Positions 32,637 to 41,409 are shown, counted from the stretch's first letter. The stretch: DNA of 64,000 nt from Nitrospirota bacterium (GCA_963721805.1 CAVRJY010000001.1:448001-512000), one strand, 5' to 3'. Numbers and translations are program-made. Notes: generated from the sequence alone by a model not told the origin.

Positions 32637-33281
32637 GTGGTGCTCGTCGGAGATAAGCGCATCCCTATCGCCGTTCCCGCGACCGGTATCATGACATCTA
32701 TGAGGCCCGGCCTCCTGTTGGTCTATTGGCAGTCCTTCACCCCCGAGCGGATCGGCATGGACGTGGACTACGCGCTCTATACGCTTGACGTCGCCTCGGG
32801 CGAGCTTAAGAAGGTCTACTCCGAAAGCCGCATAGGTTACGGCCGCAGGTTCAAGCCCTCGGCATACAGGGGCTGGGCCGGCGCATCGCCGACCGCTACC
32901 GATGCCCTGCTCGTGGACTTTGTCGTCCCGCCGAACATTCCGCCCCACATGAGCTTCATCGCGGTCGATTACCTTACGGGCAAATTTCGCGAACTCGGCC
33001 GCTCTGACGAGCTCGGCATATCGCCAGAGGCCACATGGAGCCCCGACGGCAGCGCCGTCGCGTTTCAGATCGGGGCCGTGGCCGGGCGGTATCTAAGCCT
33101 CAATACGGATACCGGCGAGATCACGCAGCTGGACGCGAAGCCTCCTATTGGCCCTGCCGTAGGCCCCGAGGCGAAGGCTAAGATCCTGAAGCTCAAGGGC
33201 CTGCTGATGGACGGACTGATAGGTGCGGACGAGTACCGCGCGAGGCGGCTAAAGCTGATAGAAGCGGGCGGGGCGCGATGA
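32637..33281 (+). CDS. Hypothetical protein with propeller-like segment and C-terminal SHOCT-like helix; true start probably near 32499 with frameshifts
   Basis: TWSPDGSAVAF; tail LKLKGLLMDGLIGADEYRARRLKLI; signal-like LIHLLIIAVCC upstream in another frame. Confidence 0.6.
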   Translation: MVLVGDKRIPIAVPATGIMTSMRPGLLLVYWQSFTPERIGMDVDYALYTLDVASGELKKVYSESRIGYGRRFKPSAYRGWAGASPTATDALLVDFVVPPNIPPHMSFIAVDYLTGKFRELGRSDELGISPEATWSPDGSAVAFQIGAVAGRYLSLNTDTGEITQLDAKPPIGPAVGPEAKAKILKLKGLLMDGLIGADEYRARRLKLIEAGGAR

Positions 33282-34561
33282 GGCTGCTGGCCCTCGCTCT
33301 GATACTCGCCTTCTCGGCGACCGCATACGCGGCCGATCCGTGCCTGAAGTGCCATGAAGAGAAGACCCCGGCGGTCGTCGCCATCTGGCGGGCGAGCGCG
33401 CACTTTGGGGCCTCCGTCGGCTGCGCGGACTGCCACGGCACCGACAGGGAAGCAGCTCACGCGGGCCGCGCGAAGGTCGATAGCGCGAAGTGCGGGGCGT
33501 GCCACGAAAAACAGCTCGCATCGCAGGGGCTCGGCAAGCACGCGATGGGGCTCAGATCCGGCCGGGGCTGCACGCGCCGAAGCCCGGAGACGCCAGCCCA
33601 GAAGCGAAGCTGCGCGCTCTGCCACAAGGCCGGTACTGACGTGCCCTATGTCGAGACCTCGTGCGCGATGTTTCTGGCCCAGAGCCCCGAGATGCAGCGG
33701 CAGGGCTGCGGCGCATGCCACCGCGTAGAGACCGGCTGTGACGCCTGCCACACCAAGCACTCGACCGACTTGCGGACCGCGAGCGATCCCCGCACCTGCG
33801 GCATCTGCCATATGGGCCCGGATCACCCGCAGTACGAGGCGTGGTCCGCCTCGGTGCACGGCGTGCTCTACGCAGCCAAAACGCCCGGGGCCGAGGCCCC
33901 GACCTGTGTGACCTGCCATATGGCCGGCGGGAGCCATAACGTCAGCGAGGGCATCGCGACCGGCCGCGAGACCTGCGCCGCCGAGCGCGAGACGATGCTC
34001 AAGAGGTGCGAGACCTGCCATGCCGGATCGTTCGCGAGGCGGAGCCTCGAGGACGCGGACAAGATAGCCCTGCAAGGGCAGGGACTCGTCAACGAGGCCC
34101 ACGACATAGTGGCCGCGCTTGCCGCGGAGGGCCTGCTCGTGCCGAGCCCGGCTGACCGCCCGCCGCACCCGCTCGAGGGCAAGTCCCTCGTCCTCGGGCC
34201 CCAGATGATCTATGAGAACCTCTCGGGGGCCGAGGCCCTGTACTTCAGGCTCGCGAGGTTCTATTACCCCACGATGTTCAAGTCCGCCTTCCACCAAAGC
34301 CCGGACTACGCCCACTGGTACGGAAACGCGATGCTAAAGCTCACGCTCTCGGAGCTTAAGAGCGAGGCCGCATCGCTTAGGGAGACCGCGAAGCTCGCCC
34401 GCCGCATCGACAACCTCTCGGGGCCGCTCGGGACCGCGCCTTCCGCAGACGGGCTCAGGGCCGAACTGCGCGCCCTCAAAGACCGCTTTCTGCGCGGCGA
34501 TATCACGGAGCGGGACTACAAGCGGCGCGTATCTGAGCTGCTTGACAGGCATGGGTACTGA
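33278..34561 (+). CDS. HAO-family multiheme cytochrome c (nine CxxCH)
   Basis: Signal peptide; nine CxxCH; CGICHMGPDHPQYEAW..S.HG, APTCVTCHM, FHQSPDYAHWYG. Confidence 0.88.
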   Translation: MRLLALALILAFSATAYAADPCLKCHEEKTPAVVAIWRASAHFGASVGCADCHGTDREAAHAGRAKVDSAKCGACHEKQLASQGLGKHAMGLRSGRGCTRRSPETPAQKRSCALCHKAGTDVPYVETSCAMFLAQSPEMQRQGCGACHRVETGCDACHTKHSTDLRTASDPRTCGICHMGPDHPQYEAWSASVHGVLYAAKTPGAEAPTCVTCHMAGGSHNVSEGIATGRETCAAERETMLKRCETCHAGSFARRSLEDADKIALQGQGLVNEAHDIVAALAAEGLLVPSPADRPPHPLEGKSLVLGPQMIYENLSGAEALYFRLARFYYPTMFKSAFHQSPDYAHWYGNAMLKLTLSELKSEAASLRETAKLARRIDNLSGPLGTAPSADGLRAELRALKDRFLRGDITERDYKRRVSELLDRHGY

Positions 34562-34739
34562 GGGGCCGTGAGGGCTCCGGAGGCATATCCCTTGACACGG
34601 AGAGCTTAATATGATTAGATGGATACTGTCGCCCCCCTTGACAGGGGGATTTTCTTTATGATTAGATTGTTGTGCTGAGTTTGAGGCATAATAGATCATC
34701 AAAGGCAAAATCCGTTAACGAAAGGGGGTGAATACAACA

Positions 34740-35045
34740 ATGAAGAAGGCAACCATTCTCCTTACGCTCATCATCGCCCTTGCGTTCGTGGCGACCGCTT
34801 TTGCCGTCCCGCCCGGGAAGACCGTAGAGTTCGAGTCCCCGATGGGAAAAGTAATATTCGACGGCACGGTTCACGCTAACGCTGGCAAGAAGTGCGCCGA
34901 CTGCCATCCCGGAATCTTCCAGATGAAGAAGGGTCCGCTTGGCATGAAGGCCCCGCACCAGCCGGGCAAGTACTGCGGTACCTGCCACGACGGCAAGACC
35001 GCGTTCGAGCAGAAGACCAACTGCGCGAAGTGCCACAAGAAGTAA
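34740..35045 (+). CDS. Triheme cytochrome c (c7-type)
   Basis: Signal peptide; VIFDGTVH, CADCH, CGTCHDGKTAF, CAKCH. Confidence 0.92.
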   Translation: MKKATILLTLIIALAFVATAFAVPPGKTVEFESPMGKVIFDGTVHANAGKKCADCHPGIFQMKKGPLGMKAPHQPGKYCGTCHDGKTAFEQKTNCAKCHKK

Positions 35046-35053
35046 TTTACCGG

Positions 35054-35107
35054 ATAAAAAGATAAAAGGCGGGCCGCCCGTAAAAAGGCGGTTCGCCTTT
35101 TCTTTAT
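35054..35107. terminator. Probable bidirectional intrinsic terminator
   Basis: AAAAGGCGGGCCGCC-loop-GGCGGTTCGCCTTTT between convergent genes. Confidence 0.75.
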
Positions 35108-35122
35108 CAGCGCGGGCGCGTT

Positions 35123-35296
35123 TTATGCCCGGTTGCAGGAGCGCATGGATATCTTCGCCCAGGTCTCCTCGTCGATCTCATCCAGGTAATCCGATAGGGG
35201 GTATGATCTGCCGCATCCCGTGCAGCGGAAGTACGTCGAGCTTCAGCCGAACCGGAGCGAGACCTCGGCCTCGCAATGTTTGCATTTCAGGTTCAT
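35123..35296 (-). CDS. Dual-CxxC small selenoprotein (in-frame UGA at 35243-35245)
   Basis: MNLKCKHCEAEVSLRFG-U-SSTYFRCTGCGRSYPLSDYLDEIDEETWAKISMRSCNRA; hairpin GCTGCA-CGGGA-TGCGGC downstream of the UGA. Confidence 0.8.
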
Positions 35297-35327
35297 GTCA
35301 GAGGGGAAGCCACCGAAGGAGCAGCCA

Positions 35328-35528
35328 CTAGGAGGGTTTGACCTCTTTGCTGTCGGTCTCTATGCGCTTGGCGTCGGCCTCTGGGTCGTCCTTGATCGCC
35401 TTCTTGAACTCCCTGATGCTCTTACCCAGGCCGGAGCCCAGTTCCGGGAGTTTTCCGGGGCCGAAAATCAACAGCACTATGGCGAGTATCACGAGCAGGT
35501 GCATCGGCTGCAGCAATCCTTCGAACAT
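35328..35528 (-). CDS. tatA: Twin-arginine translocase TatA/E
   Basis: [36 protein letters not shown]. Confidence 0.93.
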   Translation of the reverse strand: MFEGLLQPMHLLVILAIVLLIFGPGKLPELGSGLGKSIREFKKAIKDDPEADAKRIETDSKEVKPS

Positions 35529-35570
35529 AAGCGTGGCCTCCTTTCGACCTAATTTAACTCTACCGGAAAC

Positions 35571-35674
35571 CGGGGGTCCTTTGCAAGGGGGCGCCACGGG
35601 GGGCCGACTGGCCCCCTTCCCTATTCGCGGGGTCACGGACCCCTCTCACTATTCGCGCCATAGCGCTCATCTCT
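35571..35674 (+). repeat. Repeat family B, copy 2 (longest)
   Basis: Contains GGGGCGCCACGGG, GGGGCCGACTGGCCCC and the CTATTCGCG..CTATTCGCG core. Confidence 0.9.
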
Positions 35675-35699
35675 ATAATAATATCGTTGATCTCTCCTG

Positions 35700-36578
35700 C
35701 TAGGGTGCCATAACTATGAGCACGAACCCCGCGAACATCATCAGCGCCCCGAGGATGCGTTCCCTGAACTCCCCCTCGTGGAAGACCAGCCTGCCGAGCA
35801 CCACGCTCATAAGCAGGCTCGTGCGCTTGACCGATACGACGTACGCGACCTTGGCCATCTCAAACGCGATCATGTTGGTCACGCACATCACGGCCATCAA
35901 CACGCCGGAGATCACGAGCAGCCAGACGTACCGCCCATGCACCTGTGGGGCTGGGATGCCGCGCCTCCTCATGCCCGCGACGCCCAGCGGCGCGTATATC
36001 GCAGCCAGCACGATGTAGTAGGCCGAGCCGAAGAAGACCCCGCTCGAATGCAGGATCGCGACCTTGCACAGCGAGGCGGTCACGCTGTATAGCGCGGCCA
36101 CGCCGATCATCATCCAGATGCCGCGCTCGCGCCCTATCGCCCTAAACGGGCCCAGGAGCCCCCCGGCCCTGCCGATGTTCAGCACGTAGCCCCCGGCCGC
36201 GATCAGCCCGATCCCCCCAAGCCCCATCGCGGAGCTTATGGTCTCGCCGGTGATGACGTAGCCGACCCCTATCAGGAATACCGGGGTGAGGGCCTGAAAC
36301 GGCGTCGTGATCCCGATGGGCGAGATCTGCAGCGCCTTGTTGTACAGGTAGTAGGCCGCGAACTCAAACGGCAGCGCTGCGGCCACCGCGAGGTAGAACG
36401 TCCTGTCAACCTGCGGCCATTTGATCACTACTAGCAACACCGCGAGCACCGGGGCCGAAAACAGCAGCCTGAGCCAGCCAGCCGCGAGGTCGTCCGCCCC
36501 GCGGCGCATCGCCTCCTTTGCCGCGGCGTCCGAGAGCGCGAGCGTCAGGGCGCATATGAGCGATACCAGTACCCACAT
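35700..36578 (-). CDS. EamA/DMT family transporter
   Basis: About ten TM segments; ALQISPI..TP, VAYVVSVKRTS. Confidence 0.88.
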   Translation of the reverse strand: MWVLVSLICALTLALSDAAAKEAMRRGADDLAAGWLRLLFSAPVLAVLLVVIKWPQVDRTFYLAVAAALPFEFAAYYLYNKALQISPIGITTPFQALTPVFLIGVGYVITGETISSAMGLGGIGLIAAGGYVLNIGRAGGLLGPFRAIGRERGIWMMIGVAALYSVTASLCKVAILHSSGVFFGSAYYIVLAAIYAPLGVAGMRRRGIPAPQVHGRYVWLLVISGVLMAVMCVTNMIAFEMAKVAYVVSVKRTSLLMSVVLGRLVFHEGEFRERILGALMMFAGFVLIVMAP

Positions 36579-36647
36579 GGGACATATTACATGATGACGG
36601 AAAGGGAAGGGGGCCAATCGGGCTCCCACTTATGTTATTTTATTGCT

Positions 36648-38063
36648 ATGAGCGAGACTGATTTTAAGGCCGCATCGGTGATCGTCGTTGGCGACGCGAT
36701 GGTCGACAAGTACCTGATCGGACGCGTCAGAAGGCTCTCGCCCGAGGCCCCGGTGCCTATAGTCGAGGTAGGCCGCACCGTGCTCGCCCCTGGGGGCTGC
36801 GCCAACGTCGCCAACAATGTAGTGCACCTGAGGGCCCGCGCCCACCTCGTCTGTGCGGCAGGCCGGGACGCCGGGCGCGCTGACCTGGAGCGCATGCTCG
36901 GCGAGCGCAAGATCGACCACACGCTCATCGACGCCGGGCTCCCGACGACCACCAAGGTCCGCGTCATAGGCGACCGCCAGCAGATGATCCGCCTCGACTT
37001 CGAGGAGGTCGCCCCGATAGACGACGCCTCTACCGAGGGCATCGCGGCCGCGGCCGAGGCGCTCATGGCCGGCGCTGGCGTGCTCGTGATCTCCGACTAC
37101 GGCAAGGGCGTATGCACCCCCGAACTCACCGCCCGGCTCATAGCAGCGGCTAACAGACGGGCCATACCCTCTATCGTCGACCCCAAGGGCACGGACTGGA
37201 TGAAGTACGCCGGGGCGACCATAGTGACCCCGAACCTCAAGGAGCTCGGGCGCGTCATGGGCGTGGAACTCAAGAACGAGGACGCGACGGTCGATGCCGC
37301 CGGGCGCGACGCCATAACTCGCTTCGGGCTTAAGACCCTGCTGGTCACGAGATCCGAGCGCGGGATGACGCTCCTGAGCCCGGACGGCGGCTGCCTGCAC
37401 GTCCCGGTCGAGGCGCGCGAGGTCTTCGACGTCTCCGGCGCGGGGGATACCGTGGTCGCAACGCTCGCCGTAGCTCTGGCATCCGGCATCGACATGCCCC
37501 ACGCGGTGAAGCTATCGAACAAGGCCGCCGCTATAGTGGTCGGGAAGTCCGGCACCGCGCCTATCGAGTACGAAGAACTCATGGACTCGGCGCGCGGCGC
37601 GAGCAGAAAGCGCATGACGCTCGAGCGTCTGATCTCGCGCGCCGCGGAGCACCGGCGCGGCGGGGACAAGATCGTATTCACGAACGGCTGCTTCGATATA
37701 CTGCACAGGGGGCATGTCTCGCTCCTGAGGGAGGCCAAGAAGCTCGGCGACGTGCTCGTGGTGGGGATCAACTCCGACCGCTCGGTGCGCTCATTGAAGG
37801 GCGAGGGCCGCCCTGTCAATACCGAGGAGGACCGCGTGGAGCTATTGGCGGGACTGGAGTTCGTGGACTACGTCGTGGTCTTCGACGAGGAGACGCCGGA
37901 GAATATACTGCGGGCGCTCAGGCCGGAGGTGCTCGTCAAGGGCGGCAATTACGCGGTCGAGCAGGTAGTGGGCAGGGAATTCGCAGGCCGCACCGTAATC
38001 GTCCCAATGCTCGAAGGTTACTCGACTACCCGCATCATAAGTGCCATCCGAGAAGATACGTAA
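36648..38063 (+). CDS. hldE: Bifunctional heptose-7-P kinase / heptose-1-P adenylyltransferase
   Basis: RLSPEAPVP, SDYGKG, DVSGAGDT, FTNGCFDILHRGH. Confidence 0.96.
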   Translation: MSETDFKAASVIVVGDAMVDKYLIGRVRRLSPEAPVPIVEVGRTVLAPGGCANVANNVVHLRARAHLVCAAGRDAGRADLERMLGERKIDHTLIDAGLPTTTKVRVIGDRQQMIRLDFEEVAPIDDASTEGIAAAAEALMAGAGVLVISDYGKGVCTPELTARLIAAANRRAIPSIVDPKGTDWMKYAGATIVTPNLKELGRVMGVELKNEDATVDAAGRDAITRFGLKTLLVTRSERGMTLLSPDGGCLHVPVEAREVFDVSGAGDTVVATLAVALASGIDMPHAVKLSNKAAAIVVGKSGTAPIEYEELMDSARGASRKRMTLERLISRAAEHRRGGDKIVFTNGCFDILHRGHVSLLREAKKLGDVLVVGINSDRSVRSLKGEGRPVNTEEDRVELLAGLEFVDYVVVFDEETPENILRALRPEVLVKGGNYAVEQVVGREFAGRTVIVPMLEGYSTTRIISAIREDT

Positions 38064-38080
38064 TCGATAATCGCCCCCTC

Positions 38081-38250
38081 TTTCAAAGCGCGCTAAACTC
38101 GCGTGATACTGCGTCAGGGCTTCAAAGACGCGCCCTCGGAGTACGTCTCAGTACACCGTCGGGCGGTCTCCTCGCCCTTCCTTGTCTGACGCGCTTTATC
38201 GCGCTTTAAATTTCAACTGCCTAATCGTGCGAGCGGTCAACGGCATTGAC
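38081..38250 (-). repeat. Family A copy A9 (subtype a)
   Basis: Reverse complement closely matches A4. Confidence 0.93.
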
Positions 38251-38300
38251 TTTATCCAGCGTTGGTGCGAAAATCGGACATATTCCAAGGAGGAATTAAT

Positions 38301-38876
38301 ATGAAGGTTATAGCGATCAACGGAAGCAGCCGCAAGGGCGGCAACACCGCAACGATGATAAATACCGTATTCGAGCGGCTAAACGCCGAGGGCATCGAGA
38401 CCCGGATGATCGAGCTTGCGGGCAGGGCGCCGCAGGGCTGCATAGGGTGCTTTAAGTGCTTCGAGAGCAAGGACAGGCGCTGCGCGGTGAAGGGCGATAT
38501 CGTTAACGACTGCATCGAGGCGATGCTCGCCTCAGACGGCATACTGCTGGGCTCGCCCACGTACTTCGCGGACATGTCGGCCGGGATGAAGGCGTTAATC
38601 GAGCGGGCCGGGATGGTCTCGCGCGCAAACGGCTGGATGTTCAAGGGCAAGGTAGGCGCTTCTATCGCGGTCGAGCGCAGGGCCGGGGCGACCTCCGTGC
38701 TCAGCTCTATGAACTTCTTCTTCCTGCAGGCCCAGATGGTCATGCCGGGCTCGTCGTACTGGAACCTCGGCGAAGGGAGGAACCCCGGAGAGTTCAGCGC
38801 GGACCAGGAAGGCATCGAAACCATGCGCAACTTAGGCGACAATTTCGCCTGGGTTCTTAAAAAGCTCAACTCTTAA
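38301..38876 (+). CDS. Iron-sulfur flavoprotein / FMN reductase family, paralog 2
   Basis: 191 aa, colinear with and highly similar to 17352-17927. Confidence 0.92.
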   Translation: MKVIAINGSSRKGGNTATMINTVFERLNAEGIETRMIELAGRAPQGCIGCFKCFESKDRRCAVKGDIVNDCIEAMLASDGILLGSPTYFADMSAGMKALIERAGMVSRANGWMFKGKVGASIAVERRAGATSVLSSMNFFFLQAQMVMPGSSYWNLGEGRNPGEFSADQEGIETMRNLGDNFAWVLKKLNS

Positions 38877-38886
38877 GGGGGCGGTT

Positions 38887-39062
38887 CTAAAGCCGAGCTA
38901 AATCGCTTGATGCGTTGTCGCGGCGTCGGAAATCCGTCCTCGATGTACGCCTAAGTACACCGTCGGACGTTTTCCTCGCCGATTCTAGCCTCAAGACGAT
39001 TTATCGCGCTTTAGTGTGGCCCCTGCCTGATCGCGCGAGTGGTCAACGGCATTGATTAGAGC
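38887..39062 (-). repeat. Family A copy A10 (divergent subtype a)
   Basis: AAAGCCGAGCTAAATCGCTTGAT...GTACGCCTAAGTAC...GATTTATCGCGCTTT...GGTCAACGGCATTGATTAGAG. Confidence 0.85.
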
Positions 39063-39178
39063 GGCCTAATTGCTGCCGCCCCGTGGAAGTGTGTCAATAG
39101 GAGTTCATCATTTCAAATAAATAGGCTGTACTGTTATTCCCTATATAATTTCAGAGAACGGGGGTGAGGTAAACGCTA

Positions 39179-39415
39179 TTATCCGGAAGAGTTAATTTTC
39201 CTTCTTGCCATGTCCACTACACGGTGGACGTCTCCAAGACATCACTTTCCGAGAGGATTAGTAAGGTGACAGTGACAGGCACCTTTCTGTTTCTCGGCTT
39301 TTATTCTGTTTAGGATAGAAGATTCGCCATTATTGGCAATAACATCGGCCTCGATATCGGATTCCGTATATCCGAAGCAGTAGCAAATTTGCTTATTTTC
39401 CTTGAGCAGCTTCAT
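39179..39415 (-). CDS. BFD-like/CopZ-type [2Fe-2S] small selenoprotein (in-frame UGA at 39242-39244)
   Basis: MKLLKENKQICYCFGYTESDI...GACHCHLTNPLGK-U-CLGDVHRVVDMARRKINSSG; the UGA sits at the first Cys of the NPxGxCC motif. Confidence 0.82.
39203..39239 (-). promoter_or_regulatory. Putative bacterial SECIS element
   Basis: TCTTG..GTCCAC-CGTGTA-GTGGAC..CAAGA stem-loop; loop starts 18 nt after the UGA and has G at position 2. Confidence 0.75.
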
Positions 39416-39465
39416 GCATGATTATAACATGGCCCAATCATACCAACAAAATTTGGCCTCTTTTC

Positions 39466-39556
39466 ACTAACTATAGTTAACCAAAAAATTCACGCGCATC
39501 AATTTTTCCTATGAACCTCGGTTTATATATAAACCGTAGGTTATCACTTTTTTCAT
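39466..39556 (+). repeat. Short family C arm attached to A11
   Basis: TAACTATAGTTA palindrome and CGGTTTATATATAAACCG palindrome; reverse-complement match to 16575-16673. Confidence 0.85.
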
Positions 39557-39750
39557 TGGGGGCGCGGGGGGTCGGCGGCGGAGCCGCGTTAACCCCCGAA
39601 AGCGAGCCGCAATCGGCTTCAGACAAGGGGGACGGTTGGCCCCAGTCTTTTAGGCGAGGTGCCCGTGGCACCCCGATGGTGTACAGTGACGCACATGGAG
39701 GGCGAGGCTTCGAAGTCAACGAAGTATCAAGCGATTTGGTGCGCTTTGAA
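39557..39750 (+). repeat. Family A copy A11 (with B-type hairpins inserted)
   Basis: GGGGGCGCGGGGGG...GAAAGCG..AATCGGCTTCAGACAAGG...GTATCAAGCGATTTGGTGCGCTTTG. Confidence 0.9.
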
Positions 39751-39824
39751 AGAGGAAGCGTTGACATTACCAGAGAAGCTTGCTTTAATTAACGGTACAT
39801 TCCAGTTCACAGGAGGCTATTAAC

Positions 39825-40595
39825 TTGGCGATAAAGGTGGGCATTATTGGCGGTTCCGGCATGGACGATCCGAAACTGCTAAAAGACAAGAAGGATAAGG
39901 CCGTCAAGACCCCCTGGGGCGCGCCCTCGTCGAACCTCTCCATAGGGACGATTGGCGGCGTGGCGGTCGTAATACTGGCGCGCCACGGCAAGGACCACTC
40001 GATCTACCCGACCGGCGTGAACTTCCGCGCCAACATCAGCGCGCTTCAGGCCGAGGGGGTCACGCACATACTCGCGACCACTGCCGTCGGCTCGCTACGG
40101 GAGAAGATCAAACCCGGAGACCTCGTCTTCCCGGACCAGTTCATCGACCACACGAAGCTCCGGGCGCTTACGTTCTTCGACAAAAACAAGGTCGTGCACA
40201 CCCCGATGGCGGACCCGTTCTGCGCCGCGCTCAGGAAGATCCTCATCGACTGCGCAAAGTTGCTGAAGCTCCGCCATCACAGGCAGGGCACCGTGATCAC
40301 GATTGAGGGCCCGAGGTTCTCGACGCGCGCAGAGTCGCACATGTTCCGGCAGTGGGGCGCGGACGTGATCAACATGTCCACGGTGCCCGAGGTCTCTCTG
40401 GCGCGTGAGGCCGGGATATGCTACCAGTCCATCGCGATGTCCACGGACTACGACTGCTGGAAGGAAAACGAGGAGCCCGTGACCTGGGAGATGGTGCTGG
40501 GCACGATGAACCGCAACGCGGAAAACGTGCGCAAACTGTTAGTGAAGGCCCTGCCGCACATAACCGATACCCGCTGCTGCTCCGGCGGCCACTGA
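39825..40595 (+). CDS. mtnP: S-methyl-5'-thioadenosine phosphorylase
   Basis: GIIGGSG, LARHG, TTAVGSL, IEGPRFSTRAES, STDYDCW. Confidence 0.93.
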   Translation: MAIKVGIIGGSGMDDPKLLKDKKDKAVKTPWGAPSSNLSIGTIGGVAVVILARHGKDHSIYPTGVNFRANISALQAEGVTHILATTAVGSLREKIKPGDLVFPDQFIDHTKLRALTFFDKNKVVHTPMADPFCAALRKILIDCAKLLKLRHHRQGTVITIEGPRFSTRAESHMFRQWGADVINMSTVPEVSLAREAGICYQSIAMSTDYDCWKENEEPVTWEMVLGTMNRNAENVRKLLVKALPHITDTRCCSGGH

Positions 40596-40608
40596 GAAAG
40601 AGGATGCA

Positions 40609-41142
40609 ATGCCGATAAAATCGAAGATTCGCACCGTGCCGCACTACCCCAAGAAGGGGATCATGTTTAGGGATATCACGACGCTCATTAAGGACCCTGT
40701 CGGGTTCCGCCTGATGATCGACACCATCACGCAGCACGTGATCGAGGCCAGGCTACAGTTCGACGTGATCGTCGGGATCGAGAGCCGCGGGTTCATCATG
40801 GGCGGCGCGTTGGCATATACCTTGGGCAAGGGGTTTGTTCCCATAAGGAAAAAGGGGAAGCTCCCGGCCAAGACCGTGCAGCAGGAGTACCAGCTTGAGT
40901 ATGGCACCGACACTATTGAGATCCATAAGGACGCGATCAAGAAGGGCCAGCGGGTCCTGCTCGTAGACGACCTGCTCGCCACCGGCGGGACCGCGCTGGC
41001 CTCGGCCGCGCTGATCGAGAAGCTCGGCGGCAGGATCGTCGAGATGCTCTTCATCGTCGACCTGCCGGACGTGGGCGGCGCCAAGAGGATCAAGGCCAAG
41101 AAGTACAAGATGTTCGCGCTGACGGAGTTTGAGGGCGACTGA
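40609..41142 (+). CDS. apt: Adenine phosphoribosyltransferase
   Basis: FRDIT, ESRGF, RKKGKLP, LEYG, VDDLLATGGT. Confidence 0.97.
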   Translation: MPIKSKIRTVPHYPKKGIMFRDITTLIKDPVGFRLMIDTITQHVIEARLQFDVIVGIESRGFIMGGALAYTLGKGFVPIRKKGKLPAKTVQQEYQLEYGTDTIEIHKDAIKKGQRVLLVDDLLATGGTALASAALIEKLGGRIVEMLFIVDLPDVGGAKRIKAKKYKMFALTEFEGD

Positions 41143-41149
41143 GGGGTGC

Positions 41150-41352
41150 GAAAGCGCACCAAATCGCTTGATACTGCGTTGGGCATCGAAGACTCGCCCT
41201 CTATGTACGCCCAAGTACACCATCGGGGTTCCTCGGGCACCTCTCCTGAAGAAAGGGCCAGTCGGCCCCTTGTCTGAAGCCGATTTGGGCGCGCTTTGCG
41301 GGGAGTAGCGAAGCCCCCGCGCCCCCAAGCCCCCAAGGTCAGTGGCATTGAT
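41150..41352 (-). repeat. Family A copy A12 (with B-type hairpins inserted)
   Basis: GAAAGCGCACCAAATCGCTTGATACTGCGTTGGG...AAGGTCAGTGGCATTGAT. Confidence 0.92.
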
Positions 41353-41358
41353 ATGAAA

Positions 41359-41409
41359 AGTGAGAGGGGCTTTTGCCCCGCGAATAGGAGCGAGGGGGCG
41401 CTGCCCCCT
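41359..41409 (-). repeat. Repeat family B, partial inverted copy
   Basis: Reverse complement reads CCTATTCGCGGGGCAAAAGCCCCTCTCAC. Confidence 0.75.

Noticed and set aside
34690..34730. GGCAAA...GAAA resembling a c-di-GMP-I (GEMM) riboswitch
   Set aside because: The second stem and the conserved GACGCAAAG segment are missing, and the sequence runs directly into the RBS.
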